Positions 31,086 to 40,844 of a stretch of DNA of 64,000 nt are shown here, piece after piece. Position numbers and translations under genes: made by a program. The number at the start of each line of letters is the position of its first letter. The stretch's first letter is position 1. The notes beneath the pieces are model-generated. The model searched no databases. It was not told the DNA's origin and worked only from the letters and a program-made list of their open reading frames with translations. Origin of the DNA: an uncultured Cycloclasticus sp. (GTDB lineage Bacteria > Pseudomonadota > Gammaproteobacteria > Methylococcales > Cycloclasticaceae); contig CAJXOJ010000004.1 in the NCBI GenBank assembly GCA_913057515.1, positions 35,773 to 99,772 of the forward strand, read 5' to 3'.

Positions 31086-32470
31086 GAGACCCTAATATTT
31101 TAAATAAGCGTGCTGATCGATGGATCAGTCGTTTAAAAACATATAAAGAACGGATTGAAGAGCCTCAGGCGATGTTAGTGGAGGGACGGTTGACGAGAAT
31201 GGTAGGTTTAACGCTTGAAGCGGTGGGTTGTCGGTCGACCATCGGTGGTCGCTGTATCATTGAGGCGGTTGATGGTAACCGTATAGAAGCGGAGGTTGTG
31301 GGTTTTTCAGACGAACGTTTATATTTAATGCCGACAGGTGATATTAGAGGGCTTGAGCAGGATTGCCGAGTGCTGCCAATGGGCTTGACGAGTATGGCTC
31401 ACGTAGGTCACGCGTTATTAGGTCGTGTTATCGATGGTGGTGGCAAGCCATTGGATGGGAAAGGTCCCGTTCACACGACCGACACCATGCCTTTGCATGG
31501 GCGACCTATGAACCCGTTAGGCAGAAGAGCGATTACTGACCCGCTTGATGTGGGTATCGGCGCGATTAATTCACTGTTAACGGTTGCGCAAGGTCAACGT
31601 ATTGGTCTGTTTGCTGGTAGTGGTGTGGGAAAAAGTGTTTTGCTCGGGATGATGACAAAATATACCAAAGCGGATGTGGTTGTAGTCGGTTTGATCGGCG
31701 AGCGTGGCCGAGAAGTGAATGAGTTTGTTAGAAAAACGTTGGGGCCAGAGGGGATGTCGCAAGCAGTGGTTGTGGCGTCACCTGCTGATGACCCACCTTT
31801 GATGCGGATGCACGGTGCAATGTTAGCAACCAGTATTGCTGAATATTTTCGTGATCAAGGGATGAATGTTTTATTGCTGATGGATTCGTTGACCCGATAT
31901 GCACAGGCGCAACGAGAGATAGCATTAGCCATTAATGAGCCTCCAGCAACTAAAGGCTATCCACCGTCTGTTTTTAGTAAATTGCCGAGTTTAGTAGAGC
32001 GGGCAGGCAATTCAGATCAAGGAGAAGGCTCTATTACGGCCTTCTATACGGTGCTGACAGAAGGCGACGATAGTAATGACCCTATTGCTGATGCCAGTCG
32101 AGCGATCCTGGACGGGCATATTCATTTGTCTCGATCATTGGCTGAAACAGGGCATTTTCCCGCGATTGATTTGGAGGCCTCTGTGAGTCGGTTAATGACC
32201 GAAGTTGTTCCTGAGGAGCATCAGAATATGGCGCGTGAGTTTAGAAAAATCAATTCAACCTATCAGCAGAATGCCGATTTAATTAACGTCGGTGCGTATC
32301 AAAAGGGTGCAAACCCATCGGTTGATCAGGCCGTTAATATGCACGATTCAATGTTAGAATTTCTTCAACAGGGTATCACTCAGGCGGTTAGTTTTGATGA
32401 AAGTATCGAAGGACTGCAGGGTGTATTGCAGCAACAAGGTCAGTCGGGTATTGTGCCGGCAATATCATAA
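31082..32470 (+). CDS. fliI: Flagellar export ATPase
   Basis: FAGSGVGKS, GERGREV, DSLTRYAQAQRE, GYPPS. Confidence 0.97.
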   Translation: MRDPNILNKRADRWISRLKTYKERIEEPQAMLVEGRLTRMVGLTLEAVGCRSTIGGRCIIEAVDGNRIEAEVVGFSDERLYLMPTGDIRGLEQDCRVLPMGLTSMAHVGHALLGRVIDGGGKPLDGKGPVHTTDTMPLHGRPMNPLGRRAITDPLDVGIGAINSLLTVAQGQRIGLFAGSGVGKSVLLGMMTKYTKADVVVVGLIGERGREVNEFVRKTLGPEGMSQAVVVASPADDPPLMRMHGAMLATSIAEYFRDQGMNVLLLMDSLTRYAQAQREIALAINEPPATKGYPPSVFSKLPSLVERAGNSDQGEGSITAFYTVLTEGDDSNDPIADASRAILDGHIHLSRSLAETGHFPAIDLEASVSRLMTEVVPEEHQNMAREFRKINSTYQQNADLINVGAYQKGANPSVDQAVNMHDSMLEFLQQGITQAVSFDESIEGLQGVLQQQGQSGIVPAIS

Positions 32471-32482
32471 AGCGGAGTTGAG

Positions 32483-32920
32483 TTGAAAAAATCAAAACGA
32501 TTCGAACCAGTTAAGAAAATGGCCGAGAATAAAGAAGCAGCAGCGGCTGTAAAAATGAATCAATCGTTTCAAGAGCAGCGCGAATCACTGAATCAATTGG
32601 AAACATTGCAGGGTTATCGCGATGATTACGTCGCCCAGTTTAAATCTAAAGGTAAGGACGGCATGGCGGCATCTAGATTGCTTGAATACCAAGCGTTTGT
32701 GCAAAAACTGGATCGCGCTATAGAAGAGCAAACCAAGGCGGTTCAAGGTGTGCGTGCTAAAGTGGGTGAGCACCAACAGGCGTTCAAGAAAACAAATAGT
32801 AGAAAAAAAGTAGTCGAAAAACTTATCAAAAGAACTAAACAGCAAGAGCAGGCTGATATGGGTCGGCAAGAGCAAAATGAAGCCGATGACCGAGTTTTTA
32901 AAGGTGCTCAAATAGACTGA
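32483..32920 (+). CDS. fliJ: Flagellar export protein FliJ
   Basis: Coiled coil, L..YR.DY, Y..F..KLD.AI.EQ, EQ...D; follows fliI; TTG start with GGAG SD. Confidence 0.9.
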   Translation: MKKSKRFEPVKKMAENKEAAAAVKMNQSFQEQRESLNQLETLQGYRDDYVAQFKSKGKDGMAASRLLEYQAFVQKLDRAIEEQTKAVQGVRAKVGEHQQAFKKTNSRKKVVEKLIKRTKQQEQADMGRQEQNEADDRVFKGAQID

Positions 32921-33002
32921 AAACAGGGTCAGTTGAACTTAATAAATGATTAGAAGGCATATTTATTTTATATTTATATGATTGGTGTCTTATAATACGC
33001 AA

Positions 33003-33233
33003 ATGAATGTAGAAAACTTATTAGAACAAGGTGTCGAGCTAATGATGCTTGGAATGGGAATGGTATTCTTTATTTTAGGCTTGTTAGTTTTTGTTATTAA
33101 AGGGATGTCTATTTTACTCTTGCGGTTTGAACCCGTTGTTGAAAATAGCTCTAAAACTCCTGTTGCTGCAGGTATTAATGAAGATATTGTTGCGGCAATT
33201 AGCATTGCTGTGCAACGTTTCCGCTCTAAATAA
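33003..33233 (+). CDS. oadG: Oxaloacetate decarboxylase gamma subunit
   Basis: LMMLGMGMVFFILGLL TM segment, IVAAISIAV; precedes oadA. Confidence 0.9.
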   Translation: MNVENLLEQGVELMMLGMGMVFFILGLLVFVIKGMSILLLRFEPVVENSSKTPVAAGINEDIVAAISIAVQRFRSK

Positions 33234-33244
33234 ACTTGAAGACC

Positions 33245-35035
33245 ATGATGAATCCATTAAAAATTACTGATGTCGTTTTACGCGACGCTCACCAATCTCT
33301 TTTTGCAACCCGGTTGCGAATTGAAGATATGCTACCGATCGCTGAAAAGCTCGATCAGATAGGTTACTGGTCTTTAGAGACATGGGGCGGTGCAACCTTT
33401 GACTCTTGCATTCGTTATCTCGGTGAAGATCCTTGGGAGCGTTTACGCTTGTTAAAAGCGGCGATGCCTAATACGCAACAACAAATGCTACTACGTGGCC
33501 AAAACCTATTGGGTTATCGTCATTATGCCGATGACGTTGTTTTTAAATTTGTCGAGCGTGCAGCACACAATGGTATGGATGTTTTCCGTATTTTTGATGC
33601 GATGAACGACGTGCGTAATTTAGAAACGGCTATTAAGGCAACTGTTGAGGTGGGTAAACATGCCCAAGGTACTATTTCATATACAGAAAGTCCTGTGCAT
33701 ACGTTGGATAGTTGGGTTGAAATGGGTAAGAGACTAGAAGACGCTGGCTGTCATTCAATAGCCATCAAAGATATGGCCGGTCTTCTTAAGCCGTATGACG
33801 CTGAAGTACTAGTTAAACGTTTAAAAGCCGAATGTGATGTGCCTATCGCATTACATAGCCATGCAACAACTGGAATGAGTGTGGCGACATGCTTGAAAGC
33901 GGTTGATGCAGGTTTAGATATGCTTGATACAGCGATCTCCTCAATGAGTATGACGTATGGCCATTCGCCGACTGAAACCTTTATTGCTATGCTGGAAGGT
34001 ACTGATCGTGCGACCGGTTTGGATATAGAGAAGGTGGAAGAAGTGGCCGCATACTTTAGGACTGTTAGACCAAAATATGCAGAATTTGAAGGTTCGTTGA
34101 AAGGTGTAGACTCAAGAATTTTAATCGCTCAAGTTCCAGGTGGAATGCTAACTAACCTTGAAAGCCAACTTAAGGTGCAAAACGCAGGTGATAAAATTGA
34201 CGAAGTATTAGCAGAAATACCTCTGGTCCGTAAAGATTTAGGATACCTACCATTAGTGACCCCCACATCGCAAATTGTTGGAACTCAAGCGGTCATGAAT
34301 GTGTTGATGGGTGAACGTTACAAATCGATTAGTAAAGAAACAGCTGGCGTTTTAAAGGGTGAGTACGGTGCAACACCTGCAGAGGTGAATCAAGAGCTTC
34401 AAGCGCGTGTGTTAGAAGGTGCTAAAGCGATTACTTGTCGCCCAGCAGACTTAATTGATGATGAGTTTGACAAGTTAGCATCCGAGTTAGAATGCAAAGC
34501 TAAAGAAGACGACTTACAGTTAGCCGAGCAAGTAATTGATGATGTCTTAACGTATGCACTATTTCCGCAAGTGGGTTTAGACTTTATTAAAAATAGAAAT
34601 AACCCAGATGCATTTGAACCTGTGCCAACCGGTGTGGTTGAGGTAAATGCAGGGCAAGCTAAGGGTAGTGAAACATACGATGTTGCTGTAAACGGTAAAA
34701 CCTATCAGGTTGAGGTGGGCCCGAGTGGTTCGATTGAGAACTTGGTACCGGTCGCTTCAGCAAGCGTCCCTGTTGCCTCTGTTGCTCCAAAACAAGCTGA
34801 ACCATCAGCTGCCGTTTGTCAAAATGAGCCTTTATTATCTCCAATGGCCGGTAATATTATTAGAATAGCGATGGCTGCAGGTGATGATGTGCATGAAGGT
34901 GATGTTGTTATCATTTTAGAAGCGATGAAAATGGAAACCGAAGTAAAAGCCCATATCGAAGGCCAAATTTCGGATGTTTTTGTTAAAGAAGGTGAGTCGG
35001 TTCCTGCTGGCGCACCATTAGTTCTAATTTGTTAG
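33245..35035 (+). CDS. oadA: Na+-translocating oxaloacetate decarboxylase alpha subunit
   Basis: LRDAHQSLFATR, WGGATFD, IKDMAG, biotin site EAMKM; start ATG 33245/33248 (TTG 33236 possible). Confidence 0.96.
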   Translation: MMNPLKITDVVLRDAHQSLFATRLRIEDMLPIAEKLDQIGYWSLETWGGATFDSCIRYLGEDPWERLRLLKAAMPNTQQQMLLRGQNLLGYRHYADDVVFKFVERAAHNGMDVFRIFDAMNDVRNLETAIKATVEVGKHAQGTISYTESPVHTLDSWVEMGKRLEDAGCHSIAIKDMAGLLKPYDAEVLVKRLKAECDVPIALHSHATTGMSVATCLKAVDAGLDMLDTAISSMSMTYGHSPTETFIAMLEGTDRATGLDIEKVEEVAAYFRTVRPKYAEFEGSLKGVDSRILIAQVPGGMLTNLESQLKVQNAGDKIDEVLAEIPLVRKDLGYLPLVTPTSQIVGTQAVMNVLMGERYKSISKETAGVLKGEYGATPAEVNQELQARVLEGAKAITCRPADLIDDEFDKLASELECKAKEDDLQLAEQVIDDVLTYALFPQVGLDFIKNRNNPDAFEPVPTGVVEVNAGQAKGSETYDVAVNGKTYQVEVGPSGSIENLVPVASASVPVASVAPKQAEPSAAVCQNEPLLSPMAGNIIRIAMAAGDDVHEGDVVIILEAMKMETEVKAHIEGQISDVFVKEGESVPAGAPLVLIC

Positions 35036-35044
35036 GGTTAAATA

Positions 35045-36178
35045 ATGGATAGCGGCGTATTACATATTTGGCAGTCAACAGGCATTGCTAATTTCGAATG
35101 GAGCAATATATTAATGATAGGTATCGGCTTGCTGCTGATATACCTCGCGATTGCTAAAAACTTTGAACCATTATTATTACTACCGATTGGCTTCGGTGGA
35201 ATTTTAGCTAATATCCCTATTGCGGGTATTAGTGGGCCTGATGGCATGTTAGGTATTTTGTATCATATGGGTGTTGACACAGGTTTGTTCCCCTTGTTGA
35301 TCTTTATGGGCGTGGGTGCTTTAACGGACTTTGGAGCACTTATTGCGATGCCGAGTCTGTTAGTACTAGGCGCTGCGGCGCAGTTTGGTATCTTTGCAAC
35401 GCTTCTTGGTGCGTTGGCGATGAATATGATTCCAGGTATGGAATTTAGTATCGCGGATGCTTCAGCTATAGCTATTATTGGTGGTGCAGACGGTCCAACC
35501 GCTATTTTTCTAGCCTCTAAGCTGGCACCCGATTTACTGGGTGCAATAGCAGTCGCTGCTTATTCTTATATGGCATTAGTACCGCTTATTCAACCACCGA
35601 TCATGCGTGCATTGACGTCGGAGTCTGAGCGACAAGTGGAAATGAAGCATTTGAGGCATGTCACTAAAAAGGAAAAAATAATATTCCCGTTAATTATATT
35701 GACTGCCGTTATTTTATTTTTACCGGCATCAGCACCCTTGGTCGGTATGCTTGCCTTTGGTAACTTAATGCGTGAAAGTGGTGTAGTTGATCGTTTAAGC
35801 TCAACAGCACAAAATGAGCTCATTAATATTGTGACCATTTTCTTAGGACTGGCAGTCGGCTCGAAGTTATCTGCTGATAAATTCCTTACGGCTGAGACAC
35901 TAGGTATCTTAGTATTAGGTATGGCAGCGTTTTCAATTGGCACAGCAGGGGGTATTTTAATGGGTAAAGTAATGCATAAGCTGACAGGCGGAAAAGTTAA
36001 CCCCTTAATTGGTGCTGCTGGCGTGTCAGCTGTTCCTATGGCTGCTCGTGTTGTTAATAAAGTTGGGCAAGAAGCTAACCCTCATAATTACTTATTGATG
36101 CATGCGATGGGGCCTAATGTAGCAGGTGTTATTGGCTCAGCCGTTGCGGCTGGTGTGCTGTTGGCCATTGTAGGCTAA
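35045..36178 (+). CDS. oadB: Na+-translocating decarboxylase beta subunit
   Basis: [42 protein letters not shown]. Confidence 0.96.
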   Translation: MDSGVLHIWQSTGIANFEWSNILMIGIGLLLIYLAIAKNFEPLLLLPIGFGGILANIPIAGISGPDGMLGILYHMGVDTGLFPLLIFMGVGALTDFGALIAMPSLLVLGAAAQFGIFATLLGALAMNMIPGMEFSIADASAIAIIGGADGPTAIFLASKLAPDLLGAIAVAAYSYMALVPLIQPPIMRALTSESERQVEMKHLRHVTKKEKIIFPLIILTAVILFLPASAPLVGMLAFGNLMRESGVVDRLSSTAQNELINIVTIFLGLAVGSKLSADKFLTAETLGILVLGMAAFSIGTAGGILMGKVMHKLTGGKVNPLIGAAGVSAVPMAARVVNKVGQEANPHNYLLMHAMGPNVAGVIGSAVAAGVLLAIVG

Positions 36179-36254
36179 TAGCTGGTTACCCTAGGTTATT
36201 AATTAAGGCAGCTATCTTTAACTGCTAAAGTTGTAGTAGTCTTTTGTTTTTAAT

Positions 36255-36291
36255 ATTAAGAGGTGTCTAAAGTATTTAGATACCTCTTAAT
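36255..36291. terminator. Long hairpin downstream of oadB, probable terminator
   Basis: ATTAAGAGGTGTCTAAA-GTA-TTTAGATACCTCTTAAT, 17-bp stem with one G-U pair. Confidence 0.65.
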
Positions 36292-36641
36292 TTATAACTT
36301 AAAAATATCTTTTAAATTTTTGTTATCGACTAGCTTAGGTATATCTAAAAAATGTCCGTATCGGGCAATATAAATACCCAATGTTTGAAGGCATTAGTAA
36401 TCCCTCCCACTTAGAGTATTTATCTCATCAAAGCCGAGATATGTAGGCTCAATCGACTTGTTCAGTTTGAGATAAGGTTTGCTTTGTCCAAACCTTGTCA
36501 TTAAAGAACCCAATACTTAGCGTTTTTACAATATCAAGTATAAATACTTTGTCTTTGCTGGTTAAAAGTAGCGTGATAATAAAAGGGCTGCTTTAATGTA
36601 CTTAAATAGTTAAATGTTTATGCAACGAGATAATAAATCAA

Positions 36642-37640
36642 GTGACAGTCAGTAAAGCAAACCTAAAACCTGTAAGTACGTTATCAGTTGCGCCCATGAT
36701 GGATTGGACTGATAGACATTGTCGCTATTTCCACCGCTTGCTTTCCCCTTCTTCTTTGTTATATACAGAAATGTTAACGACAGGTGCATTATTACATGGT
36801 GATCGAAATCGTTTGTTGGGTTTTGATAATGCTGAGCAACCGTTAATTATACAACTGGGTGGTAGTAATCCAGAAGAAATGGCAGCTTGCGCGTTGTTTG
36901 CCCAACAAGCAGGCTATCAGGCAGTCAATATCAACGTGGGGTGTCCAAGTGATCGTGTGCAAAATGGGCGTATAGGTGCTTGTTTAATGTCTGAACCTGA
37001 ACTGGTGGCTCAATGTGTTACTCAGATGCGAGAGCGTGTTGATATTCCAATTACCGTGAAGACTCGAATTGGTATTGATAACCATGATTCAGCCGAGTTT
37101 CTGATGAATTTTATTGGAATAATCGCTGAAGCAGGTTGTGAGACATTCATCATACATGCACGTAAAGCTATTTTGAGTGGCCTGTCACCTAAGGAAAATA
37201 GAACAATTCCACCGTTAAACTACCAGAGGGCCTATCAAGTCAAAAAGATGTTTCCTGCTTTATCTATTGTTGTAAATGGAGGTATTCAAGCTGTCAATGA
37301 AATTCCTCAGCATTGGGAGCAGCTAGATGGTGTCATGATTGGGCGGGCTGCTTATCATAACCCTTTTCTTTTGGCTGATATTGAGCATCAATTATTTTCA
37401 CAGCCGTTATTAGATAGGGAAAAGGTGTTATTTGACTTTATTCCCTATATCGAAAAACAACTAGCAATGGGTGTTTCTTTGCAAAGCATGACAAAGCATA
37501 TCTTAGGGCTTTTTGCCGGTCAACCCGGTGGAAAGCATTGGCGCCGTTATTTAAGCGAACATGCGAGGGCAAAAGATGCTGGGCCAGAAGTCTTTTTGAA
37601 GGCACTAGAAGCAATGCGGCCTTACATGACAATTAATTAA
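36642..37640 (+). CDS. dusA: tRNA-dihydrouridine(20/20a) synthase
   Basis: SVAPMMDWTDRHCR, NVGCPSDRVQ, GLSPKENR.IPPL, GVMIGRAAY. Confidence 0.96.
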   Translation: MTVSKANLKPVSTLSVAPMMDWTDRHCRYFHRLLSPSSLLYTEMLTTGALLHGDRNRLLGFDNAEQPLIIQLGGSNPEEMAACALFAQQAGYQAVNINVGCPSDRVQNGRIGACLMSEPELVAQCVTQMRERVDIPITVKTRIGIDNHDSAEFLMNFIGIIAEAGCETFIIHARKAILSGLSPKENRTIPPLNYQRAYQVKKMFPALSIVVNGGIQAVNEIPQHWEQLDGVMIGRAAYHNPFLLADIEHQLFSQPLLDREKVLFDFIPYIEKQLAMGVSLQSMTKHILGLFAGQPGGKHWRRYLSEHARAKDAGPEVFLKALEAMRPYMTIN

Positions 37641-37697
37641 CTAAAATTTAGAAATAAAACGGTATACTTTCAAGCTTTATGACAATGAGGTAGTTAA

Positions 37698-38246
37698 ATG
37701 GAAGAATTGTATAAACAAATCATTTCATATATCGGTGAAGATGTAGAGCGGCAAGGGTTAGTGGACACCCCAAAGCGTGCGGCAAAAGCGATGTCATTTT
37801 TAACCAGTGGCTACCAAACGAGCCTTGATAGTATTGTTAATGGTGCTATTTTTGACTCTGATGCAGACGATATGGTGATTGTTAAAAATATAGAACTGTA
37901 TTCGATGTGTGAACACCATTTATTACCGTTTATTGGGCAGTGCCATGTGGCGTATTTACCCAATGGCAAAGTACTAGGTTTATCTAAAGTAGCTCGAATA
38001 GTTGATATGTACGCACGTCGCTTACAAATTCAAGAACAATTGACTACTCAAATTGCTGACTCCATCCTTAAGGTCACTGGTGCAAGAGGAGTGGCTGTTG
38101 TTGTTGAGGCAAAGCACTTATGTATGATGATGAGAGGGGTTGAAAAGCAGAACTCGCAAATGACCACATCAAGTATGCTCGGCCAATTTCGTAAAAACTC
38201 TGAAACACGAGCAGAATTTTTAAGTTTATTAAAAATGGGGAAATAG
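37698..38246 (+). CDS. folE: GTP cyclohydrolase I
   Basis: [32 protein letters not shown]. Confidence 0.97.
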   Translation: MEELYKQIISYIGEDVERQGLVDTPKRAAKAMSFLTSGYQTSLDSIVNGAIFDSDADDMVIVKNIELYSMCEHHLLPFIGQCHVAYLPNGKVLGLSKVARIVDMYARRLQIQEQLTTQIADSILKVTGARGVAVVVEAKHLCMMMRGVEKQNSQMTTSSMLGQFRKNSETRAEFLSLLKMGK

Positions 38247-38409
38247 AGCCTTTGTAGAGCCTTGTAATATGAAAAGACAGCTTTCGAGTTTTAATGAGGT
38301 TCCGATAGTTCTCAGAAAGCTTACGTTGCATAGTGATTCATTCTACGGTTCACTATATCTAAGAAAATTATATAAACACTGATTTACAATAAATGTGGGA
38401 GGTATCGTA

Positions 38410-38610
38410 ATGCCAAAGTTTTTTGGAGATGGCTCGGATTGTAGCTTTTGCAAGATGATGCGAAGTATGGCGTTTAGTGGCTTAGGGGCTGCTATAGGGG
38501 CAGGGATAGGTAGTCTATTGGGTTTACAACGCTCCGATGTATGGATGTGTGCAATTGGCGGAGCTTTTGTAATGGTGTTTCTTGTGCTAAGAAAGCTGGA
38601 GAATTCGTGA
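38410..38610 (+). CDS. Small hypothetical membrane protein (CxxC plus two Gly-rich TM segments)
   Basis: GGGAGG SD before ATG 38410; MPKFFGDGSDCSFCKMMR...; GTGA overlap with next gene. Confidence 0.7.
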   Translation: MPKFFGDGSDCSFCKMMRSMAFSGLGAAIGAGIGSLLGLQRSDVWMCAIGGAFVMVFLVLRKLENS

Positions 38611-38879
38611 AGTATATAGTATTGATAGCAGTGGTATTGCTGAGCACCGGATGTTCTGAAGAGCAGCAAAATAAAATTTCGCGTTTAGGCGTCAGTTGGA
38701 TGGAAGGTGATTATACGGTGACCTTTTATGAAGGTGCGCATAAAACGTCATGGACTGTCTTGGATAGTAAAGTGACGTCGGATTCGCAAAAAGGTTATTA
38801 CTATTTTTGGGTTAGAAAGGATGGTAAAAGTAAATATGTTCAAGTGCCTATCGCGCGGACAGTGATTGAAGAGCTGTAA
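38607..38879 (+). CDS. Small hypothetical lipoprotein
   Basis: GTG 38607 with GGAG SD gives MKYIVLIAVVLLSTG-C lipobox; 90 aa; better start than the ORF track's 38541. Confidence 0.75.
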   Translation: MKYIVLIAVVLLSTGCSEEQQNKISRLGVSWMEGDYTVTFYEGAHKTSWTVLDSKVTSDSQKGYYYFWVRKDGKSKYVQVPIARTVIEEL

Positions 38880-38888
38880 GAGCTGAAT

Positions 38889-39668
38889 ATGTGTGAATTA
38901 TTGGGGATGAGTGCAAATGTACCCACGGATATTTGCTTTAGCTTTAGTGGACTGATCAAACGAGGCGGAAAAACAGGGTCACATAAAGATGGCTGGGGTA
39001 TCGCTTTCTACGAAGGTAAGGGTTATCGTTCTTTTCATGACCCTGTTGCTAGTGCAGACTCTGAAGTAGCCAAGTTTATACAACACTATTCTATTAAAAG
39101 CACACAAGTTATTTGTCATATTAGAAAGGCGAATAGAGGGCGAGTCTGTTTAGAGAATACCCACCCATTTTCACGTGAGTTATGGGGAGATGTATGGTGT
39201 TTTGCGCATAATGGACAGTTAAAAGGTATTAAGAAAAAAGCTCTGAAGGGTTATAAACCAATTGGTACAACGGATAGTGAGTATGCGTTTTGTTGGATAC
39301 TAAGCCAACTTCGTGAAGAGTTTCCTATGAAACCAAAAAGTCATGTAACGATTAGAAATGCTATGGAGCGATTATGCAAAGAAGTCGCCAAACATGGGGT
39401 ATTTAACGTGTTGATCAGTAATGTGGGTCACTTATACACTTTTTGCAGTACAAAATTAACTTGGTTAACTAGACAAGCACCATTTGTAGAGGCGCAGTTA
39501 TTGGATGCTGACCTATGTGTTGATTTTAAAAAAGAAACAACGAATACTGATGTCGTTACGGTAATAGCCACAGAACCCTTAACATCTAATGAGCAATGGA
39601 CAAAAATGCGGGTTGGTGAGTTTAGTGTCTTTCGTTTGGGTGCAAAAGAATTTACAAGCTTTAGTTAA
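38889..39668 (+). CDS. yafJ: Class II glutamine amidotransferase (YafJ-like)
   Basis: N-terminal MCELLGMS, DGWGI, NTHPF, FAHNG, GTTDSE. Confidence 0.9.
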   Translation: MCELLGMSANVPTDICFSFSGLIKRGGKTGSHKDGWGIAFYEGKGYRSFHDPVASADSEVAKFIQHYSIKSTQVICHIRKANRGRVCLENTHPFSRELWGDVWCFAHNGQLKGIKKKALKGYKPIGTTDSEYAFCWILSQLREEFPMKPKSHVTIRNAMERLCKEVAKHGVFNVLISNVGHLYTFCSTKLTWLTRQAPFVEAQLLDADLCVDFKKETTNTDVVTVIATEPLTSNEQWTKMRVGEFSVFRLGAKEFTSFS

Positions 39669-40531
39669 CTAAAAAATAAAGCATACGTTTGCTTGAACTC
39701 TTCATTAACTTTGTCAGACACAGGCGCGACAATTCCAAATGGCATATCAATGCTATCCCAAATTTTATCGTCGGATAAACGGCTAGTATCGATTGCTTCT
39801 TCTGATGTCGTGTCGATATGAGTTAATTTATTTGCAAGATAGATGATACTAGCTTCATCTTTGTCACTAATGGCGAGCTCAGGCTGGTGGTGAAATGTTG
39901 TTGCATTTTGAATAGAGTCGGGAATTTTCCACATTTCTAGCAATGCCCCCCCCAGTTGAGCGTGATTAAAACCAAATGTTATCGTTTCGGCATTAAGCTC
40001 ACTAGTCTGGCTAGATTTAACCAATAAGGCAGCAGCACGAGAAAGGTCGGGCGCTTTAGTGTATAAAATCAATCGTCCAATATCATGAAGAAGCCCGCTG
40101 ATAAAAGCAGAGGCAAGCTGTCGCTTTTTTGGATGGTTATCTGCTAGGAACTTAGCAAATAACGCAGTTTTCAGGCTATGTGCCCAAAACTCTCGCATGT
40201 CAAGAATAGAATTAGGCATGCTTGAAAACTTTTCAACCACACTGGTGGTCATAACGAGCATGCGAACTTCATTATCACCTAAGATAGATATCGCGTGATC
40301 AACCGTCTTAATGGTTGCAGGAAAACCAAAAAAGGCTGAGTTAACAATTTTTAACAGTCGAGCAGCTAAGGATGGGTCCTGTTCAATAATTGCAGCAGTA
40401 TCTTTAATGTTTTTCATCGGGTCATCAAGAGTCTGGGTAATACGCATGAAAACTTCAGGTGCTGAGCATAAGTCAATTTCACCGCTTAAGAAATCGCTCA
40501 TTGTGCATATGTTAGCTGCTGTTCGTGACAT
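39665..40531 (-). CDS. Stand-alone HDOD-domain protein
   Basis: DPSLAARLLKIVNS, FWAHS, GLLHDIG, W.IP, HHQP. Confidence 0.92.
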   Translation of the reverse strand: MSRTAANICTMSDFLSGEIDLCSAPEVFMRITQTLDDPMKNIKDTAAIIEQDPSLAARLLKIVNSAFFGFPATIKTVDHAISILGDNEVRMLVMTTSVVEKFSSMPNSILDMREFWAHSLKTALFAKFLADNHPKKRQLASAFISGLLHDIGRLILYTKAPDLSRAAALLVKSSQTSELNAETITFGFNHAQLGGALLEMWKIPDSIQNATTFHHQPELAISDKDEASIIYLANKLTHIDTTSEEAIDTSRLSDDKIWDSIDMPFGIVAPVSDKVNEEFKQTYALFFS

Positions 40532-40844
40532 ATAAAAATTATCGCTATTAATTTTTTAAGTGCAATGATTATAGTAAACAATAATCCTAGGGCTAGGGTT
40601 CATTAAAGGTTTTTATTAGAAATTTAATAATTTGATGAGTAATTCCATATTTCTTGGTTTTTTATTTGGAATATAAGTGTACTCTGAAATTAATCTTGAC
40701 ACTTCATTAAGAAGGGGCGTAAAGTTCTTGATAGAAAAGAAAAAATATAATTTTATTAATCTTTATTTATAATCAAGCTGGTTAACTAATAACCTTAATT
40801 AATTAAGGTGACTACTCAGCAGCCATTAAGACAAAAGAGCAGAG

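Noticed and set aside
36179-36720. dusA-associated genomic island
   Set aside because: dusA is intact; no integrase and no second copy of the dusA 5' segment seen in the window
38343-38669. 108-aa minus-strand ORF as the real gene in this interval
   Set aside because: The plus-strand pair has SD sequences, a lipobox and a GTGA overlap; the minus ORF has none of these
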